A stretch of 64,000 nt of DNA from Clostridia bacterium (lineage in GTDB: Bacteria; Bacillota; Clostridia; UMGS1883; UMGS1540). This document shows positions 29,043-39,092 of this stretch, piece after piece. The DNA lies in assembly GCA_045590195.1 (NCBI GenBank), contig JAZNQN010000021.1:1352-65351 (forward strand), written 5' to 3'. How positions within the stretch are numbered: the first letter of the stretch is position 1; each line of letters starts with the position of its first letter. Both the position numbers and the translations under genes were made by a program. Under the pieces are notes generated by a model. That model did no database searches. It saw only the letters and a program-made list of their open reading frames with translations, and was not told where the DNA came from.

Positions 29043-29867
29043 TTATAGCATAAACTCATAAAGGTCGCGTGTTACAACCATTTCGCTATTCTCGTGTGAC
29101 TGCAAAAACGATACAGGCATAAAGCGGGACTCATCCTGAAGGGAAATTTTGCGGGCTATACCCCACTGCCAGTCGCAGTAAAGATAAACTTTTAAAACTT
29201 TTGCTTTAAGAAGCTGTTTCATACCGAGAGTTACGCATCTTCTCGGGAAAATTTCAAGAGCACCACGCATTTTGTGAAGGCCGTTATTTACAATTGTTTC
29301 TTTTGAAATATCAAGCTTTCTTGTGCCGATATTTTTGTATTCTTCATCGGTAATATTTTCGTCCTGTGCAGGAGGCTCGTTAAATGCAATATGGCCGTTT
29401 ATGCCTACGCCTGTAAGGCAGATGTCAACTTTACCCAAGGTTTCAAAAAGTGCGTCAATTTCAGCTTCTTTTCCTGGTTCAGGGAAAAGGCGCTGGCTTT
29501 CAGGCATAATAAGGTCTTTATCAATTTTTGAATAGAGAAGATTATCCATAATCTGATGGAAGCTTAAAATACTTTCGTATTCAATGGTTTCATCATTATC
29601 TGTAAGATATTCATCCATATTGATAAACCAGCAATTTTTAAGGTTTATTCTTTCTTTATTGATAATTTCTGCAAATGGCGGATACTGCATAATTGGGCCA
29701 ACAGGGCAGATAATTACAGTTTTTTCGCCTTTTTTGTTGTTTTCGATAATGGTATCAGCCATAAGACGAGCCATTTCGTCATACATTTCGGCCTCTTTTT
29801 CCATAACACGCATTGGAATTTTTGCGTTTTCAAGCCATTTTTCAGGTGCGCAGGTATAAGTGTTCAT
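29043..29867 (-). CDS. Glucosamine/galactosamine-6-phosphate isomerase family protein (NagB/AgaI-like)
   Basis: 274 aa. FINMDEYL and GVGINGHIAFNEP blocks of the sugar-phosphate isomerase/deaminase family. Confidence 0.7.
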   Translation of the reverse strand: MNTYTCAPEKWLENAKIPMRVMEKEAEMYDEMARLMADTIIENNKKGEKTVIICPVGPIMQYPPFAEIINKERINLKNCWFINMDEYLTDNDETIEYESILSFHQIMDNLLYSKIDKDLIMPESQRLFPEPGKEAEIDALFETLGKVDICLTGVGINGHIAFNEPPAQDENITDEEYKNIGTRKLDISKETIVNNGLHKMRGALEIFPRRCVTLGMKQLLKAKVLKVYLYCDWQWGIARKISLQDESRFMPVSFLQSHENSEMVVTRDLYEFML

Positions 29868-29879
29868 TTTAAATTCTCC

Positions 29880-31043
29880 TTATTTTATAAATTTTCCGCC
29901 AATCATTACTTTGGCAGGATATAAATTTTCATCAGCAATATAAATATCAGCAAGCTTGCCCTTTTCAAGAGAGCCGATTTCTTTCTCCATTCCTATAACT
30001 TTGGCAGGAGTAAGGCTTGCCATTTTAGTAGCATCTACAAGCGGTATTCCGTTTTCAACTATGTTTCTGAGCATCTGTGAAAGCGGCTGAATACTGCCTG
30101 CAAAACGAGTTCCATCGGTAAGGCGGGCAACCCCATCGGAAACGATAAACTTTGTTGCCTCCTCATCGTCTTTCATACCGAGGGTATAAACTCTGCCATC
30201 GCGTGGCATTCCGCCTGCACGAAGACAATCGGAAACAATACAGAGCTTATCTGCCCCTTTGCATTTATAAGCAACCTTTAAAAGTTCGGGGATAATATGA
30301 TGATTATCTGCTAAAAGCTCAAGGGTAAGCCTTTCGTCGGTAAGGCCTATTTCCATAAGGCCTGCATATCTTTTGCCTTCTTCAACCCTTGCGGTTGACA
30401 TTGCGCAGTACCAGTGAGTACAGTTTGAAAGGCCTGCTTCAATACAGGGGTAAATTGTATCGCTTCTGCCATCATCGTGTCCGCCGGAAACTACAATTCC
30501 CTTTTCTTTTAGTGCTTTTGTCATTTCTACTGCTCCGGGAAGCTCGGTAGAAATAGTAACATTTTTAATAACATCGCTGTTATCTAAAATAAAATCGTAG
30601 CTGTCTTTACTTGGCACACGCAAAAATTCTGCTTTTTGTGCGCCCTTATTTTTATAAGAGATATAAGGCCCTTCAATATGTGCGCCCAAAACGCGGCATA
30701 TATCGGTTTTTTTCATATATTCTCTTGTTCTTTTAACCATAAACTCAATACTTTTTACAGGGGCGGTTACAGAAGATGTTAAAAGCGATGTTGTACCGCT
30801 GCTGCTATGAAATTTAAGGGCGTTTTCATAGTCTTCAATATCTTCATCCATAAAGTCGCCGCCAAAGCCGCCATGAGTATGAATGTCGACAAGGCCGGGG
30901 AGAACATATTTTCCCGTAGCATCATATTCTTCTCCCCCTGAAAGGGCGTAGCCTATTTCTACTATTTTATCGCCTTCAATTTTAATATCGGCGCCTTCTA
31001 AAATTTCGTCCTTTAAAACAAGATTACCGTTTTTAATTATCAT
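29880..31043 (-). CDS. nagA: N-acetylglucosamine-6-phosphate deacetylase
   Basis: 387 aa. GLVDIHTHGGFGGDFMD metal-binding motif. Amidohydrolase fold. Confidence 0.85.
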   Translation of the reverse strand: MIIKNGNLVLKDEILEGADIKIEGDKIVEIGYALSGGEEYDATGKYVLPGLVDIHTHGGFGGDFMDEDIEDYENALKFHSSSGTTSLLTSSVTAPVKSIEFMVKRTREYMKKTDICRVLGAHIEGPYISYKNKGAQKAEFLRVPSKDSYDFILDNSDVIKNVTISTELPGAVEMTKALKEKGIVVSGGHDDGRSDTIYPCIEAGLSNCTHWYCAMSTARVEEGKRYAGLMEIGLTDERLTLELLADNHHIIPELLKVAYKCKGADKLCIVSDCLRAGGMPRDGRVYTLGMKDDEEATKFIVSDGVARLTDGTRFAGSIQPLSQMLRNIVENGIPLVDATKMASLTPAKVIGMEKEIGSLEKGKLADIYIADENLYPAKVMIGGKFIK

Positions 31044-32410
31044 TTTATCACATCCTCAATTTTTGAAACAATGCCATAATCGGCATATTCGAAAATTCTT
31101 GCATCTTTATCGGGATTTATGGCAATTACGGTTTTTGCGCTTTCAATAGCACAGGTATGCTGAACAGCGCCCGAAATTCCAATTGCAATATAAATGGCAG
31201 GCGAAACGTTTTTGCCCGTAAGCCCAACCTGACATTCGTAAGGCAAAACCCCTTTATCAACCGCAGAGCGTGATGCCGCAACAGTGCCGCCTATTTCTTT
31301 AGCAAAGGCTTTTATTCTATCAAGAGCGTCTACCGCCCCCGCTCCTGTCGAAACCAAAATATTACTGCTTTCAGAAACAACTCTCGCCGTTGCCATTTGC
31401 GGAAGAGTAAGAGATTTTATTTTCGCAATAATGCTGCCGCTTCCTGCAGGGCGATACATATAAAGGGTTTCGCCGCTGCATTCAAAATGGGTACAGTCAG
31501 CACAAAGGCCGAGCGATAATTTTGCCGCCACTATGGGAGCCGTTCTTCTGCCCCAGATATCTGCATTCCACAAAACTGCCACAGGCTTTTTTAAAAGTAT
31601 CATATCGGCAATTTTTTGCGGATCTTTTTCCAAAATCAGCTCTACTTTTTCGGCTATTTCTTTTGTTTTTTCAAAAACCTCTTCCCCTATTGCAAAAGCA
31701 AAAGAAACTTTTTCGCCGCTTTTTTTCTCGAAAATTGCCTCCTCTTTCTCGGAAAGGCTTTTTTCGATTACTTCCATCAGCTCTCCCTTTGAAATAAACT
31801 TACATTTTCTCTGCCCCATACTGCTTTCAAAGGTTTTTAAAACCCTTGTAGGAGAGCCAGAAAGGCCGCATTTTTCAGTATCGGCGCCAACAAAATCGTT
31901 TGACAGCACTTCCACCTCGCCAACCTTTGAGCGAAGAGAAGGAAAACGCAGTTTGTTTATTCTTTCAACGGTTATAAGGGCTGGAAGGGGTGCCTTTTCA
32001 CATTCTGAAAGCCTTGTTCTGCAGGAAATTTCATTTTCGCTGCAATTAAGCTCCAAAACATTTGTAATTACGGGAACAGAAAGCATTTCGGACAAAAGCG
32101 GACCTGTTTGAGCAGTATCGCCATCAATACTCTGGCGGCCGCAGATAATAAGGTCATATTCCATTTTTTTAATGGCACAGGACAAAATGTAAGCCGTTGC
32201 AAGAGTATCGCTGCCTGCAAAGGCGCTATCGCAAAGCATTTTTACTTTTGCCCCAAGCCTTGTTAAGGGCAAAAGGGCATCTTTTGCCGATGGCGGCGCC
32301 ATACTTAAAACAGTTACATCGCCCGAAAGAGTTAGTGCCGCCTCTATGGCACACTGGTCGAAGGGGTTTATCTCCCCTTTTATAACTTTAACCAAAACTA
32401 AAATTTTCAT
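31040..32410 (-). CDS. Single-polypeptide electron-transfer flavoprotein (EtfB-like N-terminal half fused to EtfA-like FAD-binding C-terminal half)
   Basis: N-terminus MKILVLVKVIKGEINPFDQCAIEAALTL is an EtfB start. C-terminus GISGAVQHTCAIESAKTVIAINPDKDARIFEYADYGIV is the EtfA FAD domain. Total 456 aa. Confidence 0.7.
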   Translation of the reverse strand: MKILVLVKVIKGEINPFDQCAIEAALTLSGDVTVLSMAPPSAKDALLPLTRLGAKVKMLCDSAFAGSDTLATAYILSCAIKKMEYDLIICGRQSIDGDTAQTGPLLSEMLSVPVITNVLELNCSENEISCRTRLSECEKAPLPALITVERINKLRFPSLRSKVGEVEVLSNDFVGADTEKCGLSGSPTRVLKTFESSMGQRKCKFISKGELMEVIEKSLSEKEEAIFEKKSGEKVSFAFAIGEEVFEKTKEIAEKVELILEKDPQKIADMILLKKPVAVLWNADIWGRRTAPIVAAKLSLGLCADCTHFECSGETLYMYRPAGSGSIIAKIKSLTLPQMATARVVSESSNILVSTGAGAVDALDRIKAFAKEIGGTVAASRSAVDKGVLPYECQVGLTGKNVSPAIYIAIGISGAVQHTCAIESAKTVIAINPDKDARIFEYADYGIVSKIEDVIK

Positions 32411-33879
32411 ATTTCTTCACTGTAAATCGGCGCAAGAGCATCGTGCACCGCTTTATACTTTTCAAATAATTTAAGATATTTTTCGTGGTTTTCCATATTT
32501 GGCACAGTTTCGCTTATAATCTCGTTACATTTTTCCTGAGCATCGGCAAAAGAAGTAAAAAAGCCACAGGAAACACCTGCCATAATGGCACTTCCAAGGG
32601 AAGAATCGGAGCTTTTTTTCTCGATTAAGCCAATTCCAAGCACATCGGCAACAATCTGCCTCCAGAGAGGGCTTTTTGCGCCGCCGCCTATAATAAACGC
32701 CTTTTCTTTATGGTTTATATTTTTACTGTCAAGATATTTTTTACAATCAAGCAGCGAAAATGCAACGCCTTCAAGCACTGCACGGGTAAAATGTGCCTTT
32801 GTATGATGAGCCCTGACGCCTATAAAGCTGCCGCAAAGGTTAGGGTCAGCATAAGGGGTAAGCTCGCCGTTTAAATATGGATGAAACATAAGCCCTTCGC
32901 ATCCGGGCTCAATTTTCTCTGCGCCCTTATCAAGCTCTTTATAGTCGCCACCGAAGGTATCACGATACCACCTGAGAGATGCGGCGCAGCTTTTTGTAGC
33001 AGTTCCAGGGTACCAAAGGCCCTCTGTAACGTGGCTGTAGTTTACAAAATCGCGGTCGGGATAAGGCTTATCAGTTATAGTACAAATTCTGCCTGCAGTT
33101 GCAAGCTTAATTGTTATATCTCCCTTTTCGGTAGCGCCTGCTGCCAAAACCTCGAGGGCAGTATCGGTTGTGCCGCACAAAACTGCAGTGCCCTCGCAAA
33201 GGCCGCACTTTTTCGCCGCCTCAGCCGTAACTGTACCAACAATTTCCGAAGGTGCTTTAACAGTTGGGAGCATATCAGGAGTGATATGTGCCATAGCGCA
33301 AAGGCTTTCATCCCACGCCTTTTTGTTAAAATCAAAAAACATACTGCCCTGCGCCTCTATGTAATCGGTAACAAAATCGCCCGTTAAACAGTGGCGCACA
33401 TAGTCTTTTGAAAACATAATTTTACGAATCTTTTTAAAGGTTTCGCCCTCGTTTTCATAAAGCCAAAGCATTTGGGGAAGTGTCCAGATAGTTGAAGGCT
33501 TATGAAAGGTTTTCTTCATAATTTCTTCGCCGAAATTTTCTGAAAGAAATTTGCTCTGAGCCGTACTTCTTGTATCGGTCCAGTAAATTGAAGGGCGCAA
33601 TATATTAAAGTTTTCGTCACACAAAACGGCGGTGTGAGTTGCCGCATCAATGGAAATTGCGGCAATATCGTTTGCCGAAATGCCGCTGTTTTCCAAAATA
33701 TTCTTAACGTTCTCACGAAGAGCCTGATACCAGTCCTCTCCCTTTTGTTCTACAAAACCGTTTTGTGGGTAATATGTTTTATATTCGGTTGTGGAAACCG
33801 CTTTTATTTCTCCGCTTTCAGAAAGCAGTGTGGCTTTGGAAGCTCCGCCGCCAAAATCAATTCCCAGTACGTATTTCAT
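32407..33879 (-). CDS. FGGY-family carbohydrate kinase
   Basis: 490 aa. N-terminal YVLGIDFGGGASKATL. Two actin-like ATPase domains. Confidence 0.8.
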   Translation of the reverse strand: MKYVLGIDFGGGASKATLLSESGEIKAVSTTEYKTYYPQNGFVEQKGEDWYQALRENVKNILENSGISANDIAAISIDAATHTAVLCDENFNILRPSIYWTDTRSTAQSKFLSENFGEEIMKKTFHKPSTIWTLPQMLWLYENEGETFKKIRKIMFSKDYVRHCLTGDFVTDYIEAQGSMFFDFNKKAWDESLCAMAHITPDMLPTVKAPSEIVGTVTAEAAKKCGLCEGTAVLCGTTDTALEVLAAGATEKGDITIKLATAGRICTITDKPYPDRDFVNYSHVTEGLWYPGTATKSCAASLRWYRDTFGGDYKELDKGAEKIEPGCEGLMFHPYLNGELTPYADPNLCGSFIGVRAHHTKAHFTRAVLEGVAFSLLDCKKYLDSKNINHKEKAFIIGGGAKSPLWRQIVADVLGIGLIEKKSSDSSLGSAIMAGVSCGFFTSFADAQEKCNEIISETVPNMENHEKYLKLFEKYKAVHDALAPIYSEEI

Positions 33880-33891
33880 AGCAATAATCCT

Positions 33892-34689
33892 TTACTTATT
33901 AAGGTATGCGTAGTCTTCATCAGTTGTCATAAAGAAGCCACGGTTTTTGCCGGCCATAATCCAGAGATAGTAGTTTTTGCCCGCAGGAGCACACGCAAAT
34001 GGATGGTATCCTCTGTGAATTTCAACAGCATCGCCGCTTTTAACTTTAATAGTTTCGTCAATATCGCCTTCTTTTGTGTAAACCAGCTGAATGCCCATTC
34101 CGGCAGGCTCTTCAAACTCGTAGTAGTAAACTTCTTCTGTGTTGGCTTCAACCGGCATATTATCATCATCGTGTTTATGTGGTGGGAATGATGACCACTG
34201 GCCGCCTTCAACATAAGCTTCGCCAATATAAATAATATCAGCATCAACTCTTTCATCTAAAATAAAGTGAGCCTGACGCTGCCATCCCGGTTTGCCAAGG
34301 TCTTTAATAATTACATCTTCAGCATTTATGAGCTTTGGCTCGAAATCGCGGTCTGCAGGGCATTTTGCAACTGCAATTGTAACCTCGCCTACTGCTGTAA
34401 TTGTAAATTCAGTATTTCTAGGAACATAAACGCATGTTGCCGCACCATCGAACACATTTTTTCTTTTACCAATATTTTCAAAAGTGAAATTTTCGCCTGC
34501 AACTGTACATTTACCACCCAAAATTGTAAGGCCGTATTCTTTATCGGTTTCGCTGTATTTTTTGGTTTCGCCATCGCGAAGTTTAACCATATCAAGCTCG
34601 ATTAAATCAACGCTGCTGTTAGCTTTTGTAATAATTTCGCTTTTACCGTATTTACCATTCCAGCTTTTCTTTAAATTCATCAAATCCAC
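33892..34689 (-). CDS. iolB: 5-deoxy-glucuronate isomerase (IolB-type, KduI/IolB cupin family)
   Basis: QWSSFPPHKHDDDNMPVE...EEVYYYEF, DIDETIKVKSGDAVEIHRGYHPF and YYLWIMAG match B. subtilis IolB blocks (NWSSYPPHKHDQDNLPEE, SIDETMTV...PAGYHPV, YYLNVMAG). Confidence 0.75.
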   Translation of the reverse strand: MDLMNLKKSWNGKYGKSEIITKANSSVDLIELDMVKLRDGETKKYSETDKEYGLTILGGKCTVAGENFTFENIGKRKNVFDGAATCVYVPRNTEFTITAVGEVTIAVAKCPADRDFEPKLINAEDVIIKDLGKPGWQRQAHFILDERVDADIIYIGEAYVEGGQWSSFPPHKHDDDNMPVEANTEEVYYYEFEEPAGMGIQLVYTKEGDIDETIKVKSGDAVEIHRGYHPFACAPAGKNYYLWIMAGKNRGFFMTTDEDYAYLNK

Positions 34690-35584
34690 GCTCCTTTAAA
34701 AATTTAACTGTTTCCTCATAGGTTGGAACTGCATCTCTCGCACCAACTTTTGTGCATTTAATTGCAGAAACCGCGCTGGAGAAAACGCACGAGTTGTAGT
34801 AAGAAAATCCTTTTTCTGCCGCAAAAGCAAAGGCTCCGTGAAAAACATCGCCTGCGCCGTTTGAATCTACGGCGTCAACCTTAAACGACGGATATTCTCT
34901 TATTTCGCCGCCTTCGAGGATAATACCTCCTTTTTTGCCCTGAGTAATTACAATTACTTCAGGCGAAAAAAGCTCATAAAGTTTTTTGGCAGCATTTTTT
35001 GCGTTGCTCTCGCCCGTAAAGGAGAGGGCAAATTCCTCGGAAGGGATTAAAATATCTGCAAAGGGCAGCAATTTTTCTACCCCTTCATACATTCCGCCCG
35101 CATCATACAAAACCTTTGTTCCGCTTTTTTTGGCAAGGACAGCACCTTTTATGGCGTTTTCCATTTCGTTGCCGTCAACAAGCAAGATTTTTGCATTTTT
35201 AATCGCTTCCTGCTTTTTATTATCCAGCTCAAATTTTGGCAGGTTTTGTTTATTGAAAACGCAGGTTCTGCTGGCATTTTCAAGGCTTAAAAGAATATAT
35301 GATGCAAAAGATGATGCTCCTTCTACCCTGTCAACACACTCGGTTGATACGCCGAATTTTTCCAAATCGGCATACAAAAATTTTCCCGATGCATCGCAGG
35401 CGAGCGCACCTATATATGCACACTCAGCTCCCAGAGTTGCAGCGGTAGTAAGGGCGGTGGCGCAAGGGCCACCTCCACATTCTTTAACGCTTTGGCAGGG
35501 GAACTTTTTATCTTCCTCAGGATAAGTATTTATGGTAATAAGCGTATCGTGCACATTGGCACCAATACCAACTATTTTACTCAT
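34652..35584 (-). CDS. PfkB/ribokinase-family sugar kinase
   Basis: 310 aa. C-terminal DAVDSNGAGDVFHGAFA (anion hole/ATP motif). 3' end overlaps the iolB-like start by 38 nt. Confidence 0.75.
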   Translation of the reverse strand: MSKIVGIGANVHDTLITINTYPEEDKKFPCQSVKECGGGPCATALTTAATLGAECAYIGALACDASGKFLYADLEKFGVSTECVDRVEGASSFASYILLSLENASRTCVFNKQNLPKFELDNKKQEAIKNAKILLVDGNEMENAIKGAVLAKKSGTKVLYDAGGMYEGVEKLLPFADILIPSEEFALSFTGESNAKNAAKKLYELFSPEVIVITQGKKGGIILEGGEIREYPSFKVDAVDSNGAGDVFHGAFAFAAEKGFSYYNSCVFSSAVSAIKCTKVGARDAVPTYEETVKFLKERGFDEFKEKLEW

Positions 35585-36408
35585 GCTCTTCCCTCAGCCC
35601 CTAAAAGTTTAATTTTGCCCATAGCAAATTCTTTTACATTTTGTACTGCATCTTTCATAAACATATCAATTGCAACTTTATCTCTTGGAGTTTCAAAAAC
35701 TTTGTCAAGGAATGAGTAGCATACATCTGTTCCGAAGTTAACTTTTTTGATACCACGTTTAATAGATTCTATAATCTGCTCATCAGGAATACCGCTTCCG
35801 CCGTGAAGCACGAGAGGAATATTTGCCGCATCACGGATATCGCTTATTCTCTGCATATCAAGCTTTGGCTCTTTTTTGTATCTGCCGTGAGCAGTACCTA
35901 CCATAACGGCAAGGGAGCAAACGCCTGTTTTGTCCACAAATTCTGCCGCTTCTTCAGGCTTTGTAAATTCGCCCATATGGTCATCGTTAACAGTTCCAAC
36001 GTGGCCAAGCTCGCCTTCAACGGGAACGCCAATGCTCGCGCACAAATCCACAATTTTTTTGGTAAGGGCAACGTTTTCGTCAAAGCTATAAGCAGAGCCA
36101 TCTATCATAATGCCTGTAGCGCCGCCGCGAAGTGCTTTCATAACCTCTTTTTCAGAAGCGCCGTGGTCAAGATGAAAACAAATCGGAACCTTTGCCGCTT
36201 TAGCCGCCGCAACTGCAAGAGGCGCAACGTAGTAACCCTCGCCGTTTGTAAAAAGGCGTGAGTAACACTGAATTACAATCGGAGCCGAAAGCTCATCTGC
36301 AGCCGCAACAATACCCATTGCAGTTTCCATATTGTAAACGTTAAATGCAGGAAGTGCAAATTCTGCATTTTCTGTATATTTTAAAAGGTCTTTAAGATTT
36401 ACAAGCAT
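35581..36408 (-). CDS. Class II fructose-/tagatose-bisphosphate aldolase family protein (KbaY/IolJ-like)
   Basis: 275 aa. FHLDHGAS zinc-binding block. LHGGSG. Translationally coupled on both sides. Confidence 0.8.
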   Translation of the reverse strand: MLVNLKDLLKYTENAEFALPAFNVYNMETAMGIVAAADELSAPIVIQCYSRLFTNGEGYYVAPLAVAAAKAAKVPICFHLDHGASEKEVMKALRGGATGIMIDGSAYSFDENVALTKKIVDLCASIGVPVEGELGHVGTVNDDHMGEFTKPEEAAEFVDKTGVCSLAVMVGTAHGRYKKEPKLDMQRISDIRDAANIPLVLHGGSGIPDEQIIESIKRGIKKVNFGTDVCYSFLDKVFETPRDKVAIDMFMKDAVQNVKEFAMGKIKLLGAEGRA

Positions 36409-37493
36409 TCTGCCACAGCCTCCTCAATTGTTAAAATATCTACGTTTTCAGGTTTATACATATTCAAGAGATAGTATTCAGCCGCAGAAGTTGTAACCAA
36501 AGTGGTAGCGCCCATACGAATGGCATCTTCCCATCTTCTTTCTGCAACCTGTTTCATAACTGATGGCATATATTCGTTCATAATAAGGTTACCTGCAAAA
36601 ACTGTGTCTTTTTTAGTTAAAAGCATTTCGCAAAGTGAGCCGCATTTTGAAAGAATTTCACGGGTTTTATCAGTTTCGTCAACATCGCGCATCAAAAGTG
36701 CGTTATCCTGCGGAGTATAAGCTTTTCCGCTGTTTTTGGGGCTTATTGCACCTGAAGCAATTTTTTCTGCAATATAAGAAGTAAATGTTACAACCTCGGC
36801 AGAAAGAGCTATTCCCCATTCTTTGTATTCACGAAGGAAAACTTTTGCATCAGCCGCATCGTAGGCTACTATTTTCTTGTAGCCGTTTAATGCTTTCGCA
36901 GTATCTTCCATAACTTTTTTAGTTTCATCAGCTGCTCCGAATAAAAAGTCGAGAGCGTAGCCGCTGTCAGGCTCATCAGCGAGCACTGTAAAGCCTTCGC
37001 CCATTTTTTCCATAAGCTCAATAGCTTTTATTGCTTTATCAGGAGTTTTGTAAATTGCATCTTTACCAAGGAAGAAAAGTGTATCAGCATCTTTTGGAAG
37101 TGAATTTATTTTTGCAAGAAGGTCACTGCAGAAGCTGTCTTTTCCGAAAACATTACCTTTTTCTTCAATATTTGCAAGAAGAGTTTCAATGTGAGCAGGA
37201 ATTTTTCCCTCAAGTGCTGCTGCAAGGCGGGCCTCTTTAGTAAACTGAACAGGATCCCAGCCTGTCACGCAGTCGTTTGAGCAGGCGCCGCAAAGGGCAC
37301 ATTCGTAAAGGTTATCAATAATATCCTGCGAGAAAGGAACGCCTTCTCTTGCAACCATTGCAAGGGAAAGAGCTCTTGCCCTTGGAGTATTTCTTTCGTG
37401 GCCGGTAGCATTTCCTATCGGGCATATATGGCGGCACATCCAGCAAAAGCGGCATGCGTCAAATGTAGTTTTACTTTTTTCTGAAATCTGCAT
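36399..37493 (-). CDS. Fe-S oxidoreductase partner protein (2x[4Fe-4S] ferredoxin motifs plus a C-terminal domain of unknown function)
   Basis: CRFCWMCRHICP and CALCGACSNDC motifs. 364 aa. No CCG motifs. Overlaps the upstream FAD oxidase by 10 nt. Confidence 0.65.
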   Translation of the reverse strand: MQISEKSKTTFDACRFCWMCRHICPIGNATGHERNTPRARALSLAMVAREGVPFSQDIIDNLYECALCGACSNDCVTGWDPVQFTKEARLAAALEGKIPAHIETLLANIEEKGNVFGKDSFCSDLLAKINSLPKDADTLFFLGKDAIYKTPDKAIKAIELMEKMGEGFTVLADEPDSGYALDFLFGAADETKKVMEDTAKALNGYKKIVAYDAADAKVFLREYKEWGIALSAEVVTFTSYIAEKIASGAISPKNSGKAYTPQDNALLMRDVDETDKTREILSKCGSLCEMLLTKKDTVFAGNLIMNEYMPSVMKQVAERRWEDAIRMGATTLVTTSAAEYYLLNMYKPENVDILTIEEAVAECL

Positions 37494-37505
37494 TATAACC
37501 CCTCC

Positions 37506-38930
37506 TTAAAGTCCAAGTTTAAACGGATTCATAATTCCGTTTGGATCGAGCTGTTTTTTAATTCCTTCAAGAACCTGCATTGCAGGGCCGTACTGTTCTT
37601 TCATAAGGCGGCCAAGCTTTAAGCCAACGCCGTGATGGTCGTTAACAACGCCACCGTTTGCGAGCGCTGTTCTGACGCCAAGGTTCCAGATATCGTTATG
37701 AAGTCTTAACGCTTCATGTGGGTCCTGTGGAGGATTATCAACAATAAATCTGTCGTAAATCATACAGCCCCATTCATACCAGTGTGAGAAGTGAGCAATG
37801 TATCTTGCCATCGGGAAGTTGGTTTCAATAGCTTCTTTCATTGCCCAGTAAATTTTTTCAATGTTATCGTAAGTAGCAATTGTATCAATTGTACCAAACA
37901 TCTGAGGAAGGTCCATCATATGTCCCGGATAGAAGAATGTAATTTTTTCTTTCCACCATTTTTCGCCGTATTCGCTGCCCAAATCTTCTGCGCCGTATTT
38001 GCCGAAAATTTCCATAAGAATTTTATGTTCAACGGCTACAAGCTCTGCAGGGCCTTCGATAGCAATATTCATAAATGCACCTTTTTTCTCAACGCCTACA
38101 ATCTTTTTAATTAAGGTTGCAGTTTCAGCCTCGTCGTAAAGGCGCATTACAGAAGGTTTGAATTTCTGCAAAAGCTCACGGCTTGCGTTAAAGGCATCTG
38201 TCATATTCTGGAACAAAAATCCACGGAACTTTCTTTCCTCAGGCTGATCGTAAATTCTCATCTGAGCTTTTGTAATAACACCAAGTGTACCCTCTGAGCC
38301 TATGAAAATCTGATTGAGGTCTGGGCCTGCGGCGTGTTTTGGAACGGGAGATGTTTCAATAATATCACCGTTTGGCAAAACAACCTCCATCTGGAGCACC
38401 ATATCGTCAATTTTACCATATTTAGTAGAAGAAACGCCTATTCCACGGTGAGCCAAAAAGCCGCCAACTGTTGAACAGGTAAGTGAGCTTGGGTAATGCA
38501 TTGTTGCATAGCCTTTTTCGTTTGCCGCCCATTCAATATGTTTGTAAACGGAGCCTGTTCCACATTCTATGTACATGCTCTTTGTGTTAATATCGTAAAT
38601 TTTGTTCATTCTCTTTGTATCGAGAAGTATTCCGCCCGCTACAGGCAAAGCGCCGCCCTGTGAGCCGGCACCGCCGCCCCATGTTGTAACAGGAATTTTA
38701 TAGTAGTTTGCAATTTTTAAAACCTTTGAGGTTTCCTGCGCGTCTTTAGGCGATACAATAATATCGGCCTCAGGCATTCTGCCGCCGCGGTCTGTCCACA
38801 TTCTTGAAAGCCAGAAGTAGTCAACCCCGTGAGAAATTTTATCAATTTCTCTTGTTGAGCAGTTTTCTCTGCCAACGGCATCTTCCAGCTCGGACAAAAT
38901 CATATCCATCATAAAATCGTTAAGCTGCAT
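37506..38930 (-). CDS. FAD-linked oxidase / 2-hydroxy-acid dehydrogenase (GlcD/D-lactate dehydrogenase-like)
   Basis: FAD_binding_4-type N-terminal domain (VTTWGGGAGSQGGALP), C-terminal FAD-oxidase_C. Start placed at ATG 38928-38930 (MQLNDF), 9 nt after GGAGG. The ORF-track start at 38966 lacks an RBS. Confidence 0.75.
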   Translation of the reverse strand: MQLNDFMMDMILSELEDAVGRENCSTREIDKISHGVDYFWLSRMWTDRGGRMPEADIIVSPKDAQETSKVLKIANYYKIPVTTWGGGAGSQGGALPVAGGILLDTKRMNKIYDINTKSMYIECGTGSVYKHIEWAANEKGYATMHYPSSLTCSTVGGFLAHRGIGVSSTKYGKIDDMVLQMEVVLPNGDIIETSPVPKHAAGPDLNQIFIGSEGTLGVITKAQMRIYDQPEERKFRGFLFQNMTDAFNASRELLQKFKPSVMRLYDEAETATLIKKIVGVEKKGAFMNIAIEGPAELVAVEHKILMEIFGKYGAEDLGSEYGEKWWKEKITFFYPGHMMDLPQMFGTIDTIATYDNIEKIYWAMKEAIETNFPMARYIAHFSHWYEWGCMIYDRFIVDNPPQDPHEALRLHNDIWNLGVRTALANGGVVNDHHGVGLKLGRLMKEQYGPAMQVLEGIKKQLDPNGIMNPFKLGL

Positions 38931-39037
38931 TTTTTCCATCCTCCATTTTTTGAAAATTATTTTCATTTTTTGAAAAAATATTTACAATTACATTATACAC
39001 GAATAAAAATTTTTTTCAATAGTTTTTTAAAATTTTT

Positions 39038-39066
39038 TTGACAAATTCGGCAAAATATGATAAAAT
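39038..39066 (+). promoter_or_regulatory. Sigma-A promoter of the rpiR-family gene
   Basis: TTGACA (39038-39043) - 17 nt - TAAAAT (39061-39066). Confidence 0.55.
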
Positions 39067-39092
39067 TTTAAAAAAATGATACCGAGGTATGT

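Noticed and set aside
31522-32385. Plus-strand ORFs inside the etf fusion gene (31522-31797, 31533-32111, 32197-32385)
   Set aside because: Antisense low-complexity frames (Ser/Phe/Leu-rich) within a well-supported Etf coding region.
35803-36261. Plus-strand 152-aa ORF 35803-36261 and other antisense ORFs at 32881-33387 and 33634-34191
   Set aside because: They lie opposite the conserved class II aldolase, FGGY kinase and IolB frames. No RBS. Cys/Phe/Asn-rich composition typical of antisense reading.
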